DNA of 61,767 nt, counting the filler, from Chthonomonadaceae bacterium (GTDB lineage Bacteria > Armatimonadota > Chthonomonadetes > Chthonomonadales > Chthonomonadaceae), in the NCBI GenBank assembly GCA_035650735.1. It is 5 parts of 5 records of this genome, joined end to end, with 100 filler letters (N's around TTAATTAATTAA, not from the genome) between each part and the next. Parts side by side here need not be neighbours in the genome. Positions count along the whole stretch, not along the records: positions 42,163 to 54,199 come from DASRGZ010000089.1; positions 54,300 to 57,662 come from DASRGZ010000095.1; positions 57,763 to 61,767 come from DASRGZ010000113.1; 2 more parts are not named here. One strand, 5' to 3'. A program made the translations under genes and the position numbers. Shown piece after piece: positions 50,194 through 61,200 of the stretch; position 1 is the stretch's first letter; the number at the start of each line of letters is the position of its first letter. The notes under the pieces were generated by a model, which saw only the letters and a program-made list of their open reading frames with translations, searched no databases and had not been told where the DNA came from.

Positions 50194-52509
50194 TTAATCG
50201 GCGTCGCACTCGCTCAAGATTTGCCGATAGGTATCGCGCGCGTGATCGTAGGCTTTGCGCGCGTCGTCCATCTCTTCCGGCTTGATGAACTTCTGTTTCT
50301 GCGACCAGCACTGATCCACGCCTTTGAGACACCATTCGGCGCTGCGGCGGCTGGCGCGAATGGGTTTGTCGCCGATAAGGACGAACACAGGATTGGTGTG
50401 CGAGGAGCCGAGGATGCGCAGCGCCACCCAACTGCTGCGCTTTATCGGCACGTCGAAGGCGATGTCCTGTATCTTGCCATCCGCGACGAGGTTCTTGTGG
50501 GCGACCGGGTAGCCGTTGACGACGACCTCTACCGGAACCTCACGCGTCTGACCGATGCGGGCGCGCTCCAGATGCCAGTACGGCCAGGCCCAGGGATTGT
50601 TCTTTTCTCTGGCGGCATCAACGGACGTATCCGGCTTCTCCGGAAGCAGCGCGGCGACTTTGGCGGTGAGGTGGACGGAGGCAGGCTGCGCCAGCCGCAG
50701 TTCGCTGCCCTTTTCGCCGACGCCCAGGCCGTTGACCGTGAACTCCATCAGATGGCTTCTGCCATCGCTGACGTAACAGCGCCCGTTGCGGATGCCCTCG
50801 CACCAGCTATCGAAGTCCAGCTTGCCGTCCAGCTTGACGTAGGAGCGTCCCATGCCGACGCGCTCGCCGGAGATGCAGGGGAAGTCGGTCTCGCCGCTGA
50901 TGCGCGTCCGGTAGCCGCAGTTGAGGGTGTGGTACCACATGTTGAGCTCGTACAGGTACGGCGTATCTACCGTAGACATGAAATCTACGGCGGGGACGGG
51001 CTTGCCGTCCGGACCGGGGACCTGGTGGGTCACGTCCACGATGTACTCGTTCGCGCCGATGCCATTGTAGGGCGGGACGATGTAGTTGGGCAGGGGCGAA
51101 TCGGGCGGGACTTCCAGCCCGAAGGCGGAATGGGCCGGGCCGCACACCGCGCCCTGCCGCTTGGCCCAGCGAAGGGTATTCAGGCAGAGGGTCGGCCAGT
51201 GCTTATCCGAGTCGCCGCCCGGATAGATCTCCTGCTTCAGGCGCAGCAGAACCAGGTGGCCGGACTGATGCGACCCGAAGCCCGATACCTCGATGTCGTA
51301 GCGGAGCAGGTAAGGGTACTGCGAGACTTTATCCACCTGGCCGGTGAAGAACTGCTTCTGGAAGTCGAAGCATGGCCCCCAGGTGAGGTTGCAGCCAACC
51401 TTCAGGTCTTCGCCCTGGCAGTGGCGGATCATGTCCAGTGGGTAGACGCCCTGCGTCGGGTTGGCATAGTGCGCGCAGCCCGCCGCGTGGATATGGTGAT
51501 CGCCCGACCACCAGCCGAGTTTAGAGGGATCTACCCAGCGTTCCAGGTTAAACGTCAGGGTCTGCGGCTTGCCATTCAGCGCGACGGTCTGCGTTTTGAC
51601 GAGATACTCCGGCCCGCGCGTGTACTCGACGGTGTACATGCCTCTGGGCAGCTTGAGCTTTTCACCGTCCGCGCGATAGACCTGGGGCTGAAAGGCGAAG
51701 TCGGGAGCGAGGCGCTTGGCCTGCGAAGGGTAAACTCGCCCCTGCCGGTCGCGGATAGTGAACATGGCGGTCGTCGGCTGGCCGTTCTCATCCCGCACGC
51801 GCAGCGTGACCTCGGAGGCGGGCAGGCAGCGGAACAGGATGTCGGCGGCGTTGCGGAAGCCGATGTCCTGCGTGCCCTGCCCGACGTTGAAGCCGATTTG
51901 GGCCTCGCGCCGGCCTGAGTCCCGGCTGTAGAGTTGGATAACCCGGTACTCCAATTCCAATCCGCTCAACGTTTTGGCAAGCGGCTGACCGTCAAACATC
52001 TGCATATCCAGCCAGCGGTTGCGCACTTCTGCCGGCGGCGAGCCATGCAGGGGCAGCGCGTTGGGGCTTACCGCGCGCAGTTCCGCCGTCACGCCCGCCG
52101 CGTTGTGGACTTTGACCAGGAACTGCCGCCAGCCCTGCTCGACGAGCTCCGGTCTGGCAGGCCCCTGCATGACCTTCACGCGCGATTCCGGATTGATGTC
52201 CACCATGAGCAGGCAATAGGGGTCCAGCGCCGCCTGGACAGCCTGGACGAGCCGCGCATCGTCGGTCTCGGCGACGGCACGCCTGAGCGCAGCCCTGGTC
52301 TTTTCCGGCAGCGGGCTTCCCAGGTAATCCAGCGCCTGGACCAGCCGGTTCACCTGCGCCGCCAGAGGCTGCGCGGCGACGCCCGTCACCGTCGGCAGCG
52401 GCGGCGCGGCAGCCTGCGCTTTCTGCACGGGCAGGGCAGGCGACATCACAGGAGCCATCAAAGCCGTGATAGAGAGCATGAGCACGGGCAGGAGCTTGCG
52501 TGGAATCAT
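50194..52509 (-). CDS. Secreted CehA/McbA-family (PHP-like) metallohydrolase
   Basis: Signal peptide; GWWSGDHHIH, WYHTLNCG..SGETDFPC, AHTNP-like SHTNP. Confidence 0.8.
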   Translation of the reverse strand: MIPRKLLPVLMLSITALMAPVMSPALPVQKAQAAAPPLPTVTGVAAQPLAAQVNRLVQALDYLGSPLPEKTRAALRRAVAETDDARLVQAVQAALDPYCLLMVDINPESRVKVMQGPARPELVEQGWRQFLVKVHNAAGVTAELRAVSPNALPLHGSPPAEVRNRWLDMQMFDGQPLAKTLSGLELEYRVIQLYSRDSGRREAQIGFNVGQGTQDIGFRNAADILFRCLPASEVTLRVRDENGQPTTAMFTIRDRQGRVYPSQAKRLAPDFAFQPQVYRADGEKLKLPRGMYTVEYTRGPEYLVKTQTVALNGKPQTLTFNLERWVDPSKLGWWSGDHHIHAAGCAHYANPTQGVYPLDMIRHCQGEDLKVGCNLTWGPCFDFQKQFFTGQVDKVSQYPYLLRYDIEVSGFGSHQSGHLVLLRLKQEIYPGGDSDKHWPTLCLNTLRWAKRQGAVCGPAHSAFGLEVPPDSPLPNYIVPPYNGIGANEYIVDVTHQVPGPDGKPVPAVDFMSTVDTPYLYELNMWYHTLNCGYRTRISGETDFPCISGERVGMGRSYVKLDGKLDFDSWCEGIRNGRCYVSDGRSHLMEFTVNGLGVGEKGSELRLAQPASVHLTAKVAALLPEKPDTSVDAAREKNNPWAWPYWHLERARIGQTREVPVEVVVNGYPVAHKNLVADGKIQDIAFDVPIKRSSWVALRILGSSHTNPVFVLIGDKPIRASRRSAEWCLKGVDQCWSQKQKFIKPEEMDDARKAYDHARDTYRQILSECDAD

Positions 52510-52750
52510 CTTGGATCCTCCTTCCGGTAACCTGAGCGCGGTTCTGCTGCGCGGGGGGCGCGCTCCATCATAGCGCAAAGGCGGGCGCAAGTCAACCGCA
52601 GGAGATAAAGACGGGTGCGTCGAAAAGGCGAGGGACAACGCAGCGCGGGTAGACACCCACAACCGTGTGGGGCCATCTTACAAGGCGTGCGCTCCATGAG
52701 AGACGCCAGCGCAGATGGGAGTGACTACCTTGCGCGCGGAGGCAATCGCT

Positions 52751-54199
52751 ATGTCTACGCTGCCGGAGGGCACGGCTACCTTTCTGTTCACGGATATCGA
52801 GGGGTCCACCCGGCTCTGGGAACGCGCCCCGGAGGCGATGCGCGAGGCACTCGCCCGCCATGACGCTCTCCTCCGTGAGGCGGTAGAGGCGCATCGCGGC
52901 CATGTCTTCAAGACCATCGGCGACGCTTTCTGCGCCGTCTTTGCTGCGGCTCCGGATGCCCTCGTCGCCGCCCTGGCAGCGCAGCGCGAGCTGGCCGGGA
53001 TGGTGGTTCGCGCGGCCTCCGAGGTTTCCGGCACGGCTGCGGAGGAGATGGGGCTGCGCGTGCGGATGGCCGTGCATGCCGGGACGGCGCAGGCGCGGGA
53101 CGGCGACTACTTCGGCCCCACGCTCAACCGTATCGCCCGCCTGCTGGCGGTCGGCCATGGCGGCCAGGTGCTTCTCTCGCAGGCCGCCTGCGATCTGCTG
53201 GGTGACGCCCTGCCGTCACAGGCGGGCCTGCGCGATCTGGGTTCGCACCGCCTCAAGGATCTTCAGCAGCCCGAGCATATCTACCAGCTTCTGCACCCGG
53301 ATCTGCCTGCCGATTTCCCGCCCCTGCGCTCTCTCTCCCCAGAGACGACCAACCTGCCGGTGCAACTCACCAGCTTCATCGGGCGGGAAAAGGAGATGGA
53401 AGAGATCAAGCGCCTGCTCTCCAGGACCCGCCTGCTGACCCTGACCGGCTCCGGCGGCTGCGGCAAAACGCGGCTGGCTGCGCAGGTGGGCGCGGATCTG
53501 CTGGCCGATTTTGCGGATGGGGTCTGGCTGGTAGAACTGGCCGCTATTGCTGACCCGGCGCTGGTGCCGCAAACGGTGGCCTCGACGCTAGGCATCCGGG
53601 AAGAGCCGGGACAGCGGTTACTGGAAACGCTCCAGCAGCATCTCAAGCCAAAGTCGCTGCTGCTTCTGCTGGATAACTGCGAGCACCTGTCTGCCGCCTG
53701 CGCACAGTTAGCGGAGACACTGCTGCAAGCCTGTCCGAACCTGCGCATCCTGGCCAGCAGCCGCGAGGCGCTGGGCATTGCGGGCGAGCTGGCCTATCGC
53801 GTGCCCTCTCTCTCGCTGCCGGAACTGCCGCGCCTGCCGTCTGCTGAGGCAGCGCTTGTGCCTGCCCTGGCGCGGTGCGAGGCGACGCGCCTCTTTGTCG
53901 AGCGGGCGGCCCTCAGCTACCCCGGATTTGCCCTCACCGAGCAGAACGCACCGGCGGTGGCGCAGGTTTGCGTTCGGCTGGACGGCATTCCGCTCGCCAT
54001 TGAATTAGCGGCGGCGCGGATCAAGGTCTTATCGGCGGATCAGATCGCCGCGCGCCTGGACGACCGTTTCCGCCTGCTGACCGGGGGCAGCCGCACGGCC
54101 CTGCCCCGTCAGCAGACCTTGCGCGCCCTGATTGATTGGAGCTACGATCTGCTCTCGGAGGCGGAGCGCACGCTGTTGCGCCGCCTTTCGGTCTTCGTC
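52751..54199 (+). CDS. Class III nucleotide cyclase + STAND ATPase, 3'-truncated
   Basis: LFTDIEGST, KTIGDAF, DYFGPTLNR..R; GSGGCGKT, LLLDNCE, DGIPLAIELAA. Confidence 0.9.
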
Positions 54200-54299
54200 N
54201 NNNNNNNNNNNNNNNNNNNNNNNNNNNNNNNNNNNNNNNNNNNTTAATTAATTAANNNNNNNNNNNNNNNNNNNNNNNNNNNNNNNNNNNNNNNNNNNN
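54200..54299. other. Artificial contig linker
   Basis: N-run, TTAATTAATTAA, N-run. Confidence 0.98.
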
Positions 54300-55064
54300 C
54301 TCTGGATGGGCGCGGTGGTCGGTCAGCCGGAGGGTCTTCCCATCGCCGGTTGTCTGGAGGAATAGGTCAAAGCGTCCCAGCGTACTGGTGTATTCGCTGG
54401 CATCTACCTGCGCGCTGTAGACGATCAGGCCGGAGGGCACGCTTGCTCCCTTGCCCTGCTGGCGCCCCGCCGGGCCCTCTCCATCGGGCTTAGAAGGAAG
54501 TGGAGGCTTCTTCGGCGGGGTCACATGCACATTGAAATGGAACCCAACCTTGCTTTCCTTTATCCTTATCGGTTGGATGCGCTCCCACTCGGCCAATTTC
54601 CACCCGCTTGCCGTTTTGCGCCATATCTGCTTCCAATACCATGTCGCGCTCACAGAGGTAAAGCGGCCCTGTTTGTACGGGATGGTCAGCGTCTCTTCGG
54701 TCAGGGCTACGGCGCGGTCGCCCTGGAGCGTCAACGGCCAGACGGCCACCGACAGGTCGCCGCCTTCCAAGCCATCCAGACGCTTGCCCATCTCGGCAAA
54801 CGCTTTCTGGCCTTGGAACGAAGCCCCCTCTGCACGCAGTAGAAAGTCCGCGACGGCCATCTGCTTGAGGCCCTGCACGCCCTGCTCCTGAACCGCCTTC
54901 GCGTAGCGAGAATACAGGTCCAGGAAAGGACGGCTGCGCTCTATCTCTTGGAGGACGTCGCCGGATTGGTTGGCCGCGCTGGCGCGTCCAGGGAAGCCCA
55001 GCAAAATCAACGTCAGGATCAGGAAGGCTGCTTTCACCGTTGCGCGCCTCCTATCTATCTTCAT
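54300..55064 (-). CDS. Secreted protein with NTF2-like (DUF4440) domain, probably followed by a TolB-like propeller; truncated
   Basis: Signal peptide; GDRAVA..QIWRKTASGWKL; IVYSA..DLFL..DG..RLTD. Confidence 0.6.
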
Positions 55065-55187
55065 TTGCCCAACTTCAGCAATGGGCCGATTGCCAGGCAA
55101 AAAGTGGTATCCACCGAACATAATGGATACCACGATAACATAGTGCCGTTTCGTCGTCAACGCTTTTTAACAGAGGGCCAAGCCGCC

Positions 55188-55742
55188 TTAAGGCAGGGTC
55201 TCTACGGTCACCTTATCGTTGGTGTAGATACAGACTTCCGCCGCGATCCGCATCGCCTCCGCCGCGATGTCGGGCGCGCTCATCTGCGTATTCTTCACCA
55301 GCGCCTTTGCCGCAGACGCCGCAAACGCCCCGCCGGAGCCGATAGCCGCCACCCCATCATCCGGCTCGACCACATTCCCGTCGCCCGAAAGAATATAAAC
55401 GCGGTCCCCGTCCGTCACGATCATCATCGCTTCCAGGCGTCGCAGCACGCGATCCGTCCGCCACTCCTTGGCAAACTCCACCGCCGCCCGCGTCAGGTTC
55501 CCGCCCGTCGCCTCCAGCTTGCTCTCGAACTTATCCGCCAGCGCCTGCGCGTCCGCCACCGAACCGGCAAACCCGGCCACCACCCGGCCCTGATACAGGC
55601 GGCGTACCTTGCGTGCCGTATGCTTCAGCACCGTATTCTCCAGCGTCACCTGGCCGTCCCCGGCCACCGCCACCTGATTCTCCCGCTTCACGGCCACAAT
55701 CGTCGTCGCGCGTATCTTCGGTTTCCCATATCCAAGTTCCAT
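55188..55742 (-). CDS. hslV: ATP-dependent protease subunit HslV
   Basis: ATTIVAV, GDGQVT, GFAGSVADA, WRTDRVLRRLEAM, IGSGG, CIYTN. Confidence 0.95.
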   Translation of the reverse strand: MELGYGKPKIRATTIVAVKRENQVAVAGDGQVTLENTVLKHTARKVRRLYQGRVVAGFAGSVADAQALADKFESKLEATGGNLTRAAVEFAKEWRTDRVLRRLEAMMIVTDGDRVYILSGDGNVVEPDDGVAAIGSGGAFAASAAKALVKNTQMSAPDIAAEAMRIAAEVCIYTNDKVTVETLP

Positions 55743-56234
55743 ACGGCTTACCACTCGCTTTCCAAGGCTCCAATCGGCGCTATGCTGCCGTCTCCTCTTC
55801 TCAGGATGGCCCGCGCGCCGCATCTTCTCAAGCAGCATACCCCAAAACCAACTCCCGAAACAACTCGCCATTTCCCGATTGGGAAGCCAAAAAAGAAGCC
55901 CGATATGTCGGCTGACATACCGGGCAATGCGCCTCCCGCGCGGAAGCTGCACGCAAGCCCCCTTTTCTGCGGCGCGGTTTGGTCGCCATGCGCAGCCTTG
56001 TTCTAAGGAACGCTGGCTACGCCAAGACAAGAGAGGCATCGGTTGTGACAGGCTGATCGTACCGGTTCTTCGCGAAACCGAAACGACCAAGAGGCCCGGG
56101 GAGAGACCGTTGGGGCCGAAGGTATTGTATTCGGCCCCAATGATCACCGGACACTGCTATTATCCCCTAATTCTTCCTGGCAAACAAGCGAAACGCGTAA
56201 CAGCCAGCGTGTGATCTATTTCACAATCTCACAT

Positions 56235-56331
56235 CCCCAACGCCGGAGGGATCTCGTCCGATACTGGCAAAAGCCCTTAGAACCCTGGCACCCTAACGCC
56301 GGAGGAATTTCGCTCTATCCTGGCAAAAACC
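56235..56331 (+). repeat. Imperfect 41-bp direct repeat (56-bp period) upstream of sigH
   Basis: CCCCAACGCCGGAGGGATCTCG..CTGGCAAAAGCC and CCCTAACGCCGGAGGAATTTCG..CTGGCAAAAACC. Confidence 0.7.
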
Positions 56332-56392
56332 GCCTCCACGCCCTGAAAAAAGCCCTCTCTGCTACTGATTTTGCGAAATTCTCTCATCAGGG

Positions 56393-56421
56393 TTGAATTC
56401 CTTCGCGCTTTCCTGTATAAT
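56393..56421 (+). promoter_or_regulatory. Sigma70-type promoter of sigH
   Basis: TTGAAT-17 bp-TATAAT. Confidence 0.7.
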
Positions 56422-56582
56422 AGGGGATAGCACTTCGTAAGCGCCCGCTCTTAGAGCAGGTGACGATTGAAACGCTGCAACTACTCCTCCGGCTTTGCAC
56501 GGCAATGCGGCCTGCTCATCCGTTTTGGGCGCCCCTATTGCCGACCACGCCGACAAAATCTCCGACGGATCGAGGGAACAGG

Positions 56583-57272
56583 GTGATTAGCGAATTGCAG
56601 CAGCACCATCTCCGGCCTAGCCAGATTAAATACGCCGACATGGCCGACCGTGAGATCGTTCATCGAGCACAGCATGGCGACGAGGCGGCCTCCGAGTTCC
56701 TGCTGTACAAATACCGCAATCTTGTCCGTACTAAGGTCAAGTCCTATTTCCTTGTCGGCGCGGAAAAGGAAGACCTTCTCCAGGTCGGCATGATCGGGCT
56801 CTGGCAGGCCATCGTGGATTTCCGCTGCGATAAGGCCATCTCCTTCCCCGCCTTCGCCAAAGTCTGTATCCAACGCCATATCATTACCGCTATCAAGACG
56901 GCCACGCGCCAGAAGCAGATGCCCCTCAACACCTCCCTCTCGCTCGAAAGCCCCGCCGAAGACTCCGGCCCCGACTGGAACCTCTCCGACATCATCCCTT
57001 CCGCCGAAACCCAGAACCCGGAAGACCTCGTTATCCAGGGAGAGGATACCAAAGTCCTGCACGAGATGCTTCAGCAGATGCTTTCTGAGTTTGAGTGGCA
57101 CGTCCTCGTCGGCTACCAGATCGGTAAGTCCTACCGGGAAATCGCCGCCGAGCTGCACTGCAAAACCAAGTCCGTAGACAATGCGCTCGCCCGCATCAAG
57201 CGCAAAGTCGCCACCATTCCCCTGGGCCTTGCCAATCTGAGCCAGCTTCTCGTCAACACGCCACTGCGTTGA
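56583..57272 (+). CDS. sigH: RNA polymerase sigma-H factor
   Basis: YFLVGAEKEDLLQVGMIGL, ITAIKTATRQKQMPLN, KSVDNALARIKRK; start GTG 56583 or ATG 56640. Confidence 0.9.
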   Translation: MISELQQHHLRPSQIKYADMADREIVHRAQHGDEAASEFLLYKYRNLVRTKVKSYFLVGAEKEDLLQVGMIGLWQAIVDFRCDKAISFPAFAKVCIQRHIITAIKTATRQKQMPLNTSLSLESPAEDSGPDWNLSDIIPSAETQNPEDLVIQGEDTKVLHEMLQQMLSEFEWHVLVGYQIGKSYREIAAELHCKTKSVDNALARIKRKVATIPLGLANLSQLLVNTPLR

Positions 57273-57322
57273 TAGCCATCGTTCCTAACCTTTATAAATC
57301 GTCCTCATAAAAGACAAAAGCG

Positions 57323-57352
57323 CGGAGCCGAATCCCCTCGGCTCCGCTTCTT
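57323..57352 (+). terminator. Hairpin/terminator after sigH
   Basis: GCGGAGCCGA-ATCCCC-TCGGCTCCGC followed by TTCTT. Confidence 0.65.
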
Positions 57353-57380
57353 GCATGGCATGGGGTTGTGCGTTTTCCTT

Positions 57381-57662
57381 TCGGGCGGCTCAAGCCGCAG
57401 CAACAAGAGCACAAAACCTGCCTTCGTAGGTCCTGCCCTCACCCCCTGTCCCCTACTGCAAGGGTCGGGTTGTTGGGCCGGGCTGGAGCGTTTGTTGCGG
57501 CGCGGGTCGGGGCTACAACGGACTGCCAGGGTCGGGCCTGCAATGGACTGCCAGGGTCGGCAGGGTTACGGCCCCTGCCTCCGCCTTGCGACACCTAGCG
57601 ACCCTCCCAGGGAAGGGAGTGATCCGGCTTCTGCTCTCCCCTCTCCCTGCAAGGGAGAAGGG
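57381..57662. repeat. Cluster of mixed REP-like repeats at contig end
   Basis: Shares blocks with 12733-12927; tandem GGACTGCCAGGGTCGG; CCCCTCTCCC..GGGAGAAGGG. Confidence 0.65.
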
Positions 57663-57762
57663 NNNNNNNNNNNNNNNNNNNNNNNNNNNNNNNNNNNNNN
57701 NNNNNNTTAATTAATTAANNNNNNNNNNNNNNNNNNNNNNNNNNNNNNNNNNNNNNNNNNNN
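57663..57762. other. Artificial contig linker
   Basis: N-run, TTAATTAATTAA, N-run. Confidence 0.98.
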
Positions 57763-57903
57763 AGCGAGCAAAGCGCGGAGCCAGACGATGAATTAAGCTG
57801 TTAAGTTGATCGGCCCAACGCTGCACGGTAGTGGCTTGGGCCTCCAAGTCGGAAGGAGTTAGAGTGTTCATAACTCCTTTGTTCCATAACTGCTACTGTA
57901 GAA
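57763..57903 (-). mobile_element. IS701-family element, left end with transposase start
   Basis: Matches 41994-42062 over the overlap; ATG 57871 (MNTLTPSDLEAQATTVQRWAD); end TTCTACAGTAG matches 40716. Confidence 0.88.
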
Positions 57904-58092
57904 TTAGCCCAAGGCCGCAAGGAAGGGTGGCATGAGATGCTGATTGAGATAATTCTGGAACAGCTTGAATCTAAATTCGGGTCGCTTTCTGAGGACGTCG
58001 TTCCCAGGGTGAACGCGCTCACCATACGCAAGGCAAAGGCACTCGCCAGACGCCTGCTGACGGCCAACTCCCTAGCGGAACTTGGTCTATGA
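57904..58092 (+). pseudogene. DUF4351-like C-terminal fragment interrupted by IS701
   Basis: LAQGRKEG..IILEQLESKFGSLSEDV..LARRLLTANSLAELGL-stop. Confidence 0.7.
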
Positions 58093-58232
58093 TGAGATGC
58101 GAGCGCTGAATCAGGCAGGCGAGCACAGCACAGGATTTCTTTCTACTGCGAGTGCGCGCCAACCATAGGAATGGTTACCCTATGGAAGCCGCCACGTTTA
58201 GGCTACAGGGACGGAGCGGCCCCGTGCCAAAA

Positions 58233-61200
58233 TCAGGCGGTCTCTCGTTCCGGGGCGGCGGGAACCAGAGTCCGCTCGAAAGGCTGCTTTCTTAACTGCG
58301 CGCGCCGGAACGCAACGTAAAGCAGGGGCGCAAAGAGCAGCGTGAAGACGGTGGAAAAACTCAGGCCGCCAATAACGGCTATCGCCAGCGGCTTCTGCAT
58401 CTCCGCGCCTGCGCCGATCCCAAGCGCCAGCGGCACCAGCCCCAGAATGGCCGTCAGCGTTGTCATCAAGATCGGGCGCAGGCGCACTTCGCCCGCGTGC
58501 AGGATAGCCGCCTCTAGCGGCATTCCGTTCTGTTCCCCTTTCTGCGCCTGATCCAGCAGCAGGATGCCGTTCTTGACCACGATGCCTACCAGCATGATCG
58601 CTCCCATGAAGGAAGAGACATTGAACGGCGTCCGGGTCACCCACAGCCCCAGCACGACGCCGAACAACGCCAGGGGCATGACCAGCAGGATCACCAGCGG
58701 CTGCGTGAAGGAGCCGAACTGGAACAGCATGACCGCAAAGACGAGCAGAATGGCAAGCGCCAGGACGAAGGCCAGGTTCCGGAACGACTCGGCCTGGCTC
58801 TGGAATTGTCCGCCCAGAACATAGGTGACGCCGGGAGGCAGAGGTATTTGCTGCATCATCGCCTGCACATCGCGCTTCACGCTGCCCAGGTCGCGCCCGG
58901 AGAGTTCGCCGCTGACGGAGACCATCCGGCGCTGATCTTCCCGGTTCATTTCCGTCGTGCCCGGCACGCTCTCAATCGTCCCTAGAGCCGCCAGAGGCAG
59001 ATTGAAGCCTCCCGGCGTGTGGATGGGCAGCAGGGCCAATTGCGCCCGGTCGGTGCGGGCGGAAGCCGGATAGCGCACGCGCACCCCGATCTGGCGGTCG
59101 CCTTCCAGGAGATAGGTCACGACATCGCCGAACATGGCGGCGTTGACCTGGGTTGCAACCGCATCGGGCGTCAGCCCCGCGCGTCCGGCCTTGATAGGGT
59201 CAATAGGGACCACCAGTTCCGGCCCGGACTCGATGGCGCTCGATTCGGTATCGGCGACGCCGGGTATCTTTTCCAGCCTCGCTTTCACCGTCTCCGCGAG
59301 AGAATTCAACTCCTCCTGGTTCTCTCCGAACAGTTTGACCTCCACCGGCTTGGGCGCGCCTGCCAGGTCGCCGATCAAGTCCTGGAGCACCTGGTGAAAA
59401 TCCACATCTACGCCCGGCACTTCGCTCTGTATCTTGTCGCGCAGGTCGTCCATGATGGCGTCAATGCCGCGCTTGCGGCGGGGCTTGAGCGTCACGGCGA
59501 AGTCGCCCCTGTTCGGCTCGGTAATGAAAAATCCCAATTCCGTTCCGGTGCGCCGTGAGTAGGACTGCACTTCCGGCGTCTCCTTGAGAAGGTCCTCGAT
59601 CTGGCGCAGCAGGCGGTCGCTTTCGGCAAGGGACGTGCCGGGCGGCGTCCAGTAGTCCAGCACAAACGCTCCCTCGTCCATATTGGGCATCAGCCCGGTT
59701 TCCAGGCGCGTGGCGAGGAAGACGGTCACACCCAGAATGCCGGCGGCCACAAGGGGCACGGCCCAGCCATGGCGCAGGGTGAACCCCAGCAGCCGCTCAT
59801 AGAGGCGGATCGCGCGCTCAAAGAGCCGTCCATGTTCCCTGGCGTTCGGCCTCACCCGCAGGAACGCCGCGCACAGGCTGGGGCTGACCAGCAGGGCCAA
59901 CGCGAGCGAGACCATCAGGGAGATGGTGAGCGTGATGGCAAGGGCGGTGAAGAACGCGCCATACACGCCGGCCAGCAGCATCAGCGGCAAGAACACCACC
60001 ACGGTCGTCAGCGTTGAGGAGATCATCGGAGCGGCGATTTCCTTCGCCGCGCTCTGCACGGCTTGCAGGCGGTCTTCCCCCTGTGAGAGATGCCGGAACA
60101 CGTTCTCGACGACCACGATGGCGTCATCAATCACCAAGCCGATGCCGACCGCCAGCGCGCCCAGGGTCATCAGGTTCAGCGTCAGCCCGGCAAGGCGCAT
60201 TAAAAGGAACGTGATCAGAACGGTCGCCGGGATGATGACGGCGGTGACGAGCGTGGCCCGCAGATTGCCCAGGAACAGCAGCAGCACCAGAACGGCCAGC
60301 GCCGCGCCGATCAACACGGCGTCCCGCACGCTGGCGACGGCCTCGCCGATCAGCACGGACTGATCGTAGAACACGCCGATGTCTGTGCCGGGCGGCAGCG
60401 TCGGCTTCAGCGCGGCCAACTCCCGCCGCACGCCCTCCACGACCGAGACCGTATTGGCGTCGGGCTGGCGGACGATGTTGAGCAGGACGGCCTCGCTGCC
60501 ATCCGCCGTGACGATGGTCGTCCGGTCCTGGACGCTGGGCCGAATAGCGGCGACCTCGCACAGAGTGATCGGGATGCCGTTGCGCTGGGTAAGGACAATG
60601 CGGCCCAGCTGCGCCGGGTCGGTAGTCTCTCCCGAAACCAGCGTCTGGTACTGCTGGAACTGCCGGTCCAGCCGTCCCACCGACCGCACCACGTTGGCCT
60701 GCGTCAATGCCTGTTCCACATCCTGAAGGGACAGCTTAAACGCCGCGAGGCGCTGCGGATTGACGCTGACTTCGATCTCCGGCACGCGCCCGCCCTGCAC
60801 CTCCACGCGCGCCACGCCCGGCGCGCGGGTCAATCGAGGCTTGAGCACGTAGGTTGCCAGGCTCCAGAGCTCGGCCTGCGACAGCCCTTGCGACCGCAGC
60901 GAAAGCCCCAGAATAGGAAAGACGGTCGGGTTCATCCGTTCCGCGGTGATCTGGGTGTCGGCGGGCAGGGAGGAACGCACTTCGTTGATGCGGGCGTTGA
61001 CCAACTGCTGCGTCATGACAATGTCGGTGCCCCAGACGAAGTCCACCGAGATTTCCGTCGCCCCGCGCTGGGTCTTGGAATGGATGCGGGAGACGCCGGG
61101 AATGGTCGCGATGGCCTCTTCCAGGGGGCGCGTAACGCTTACTTCCATCATCCGCGCGGGGCGGTCGCCTGAGTCGGCAATGACGGTGATCCGCGGAAAG

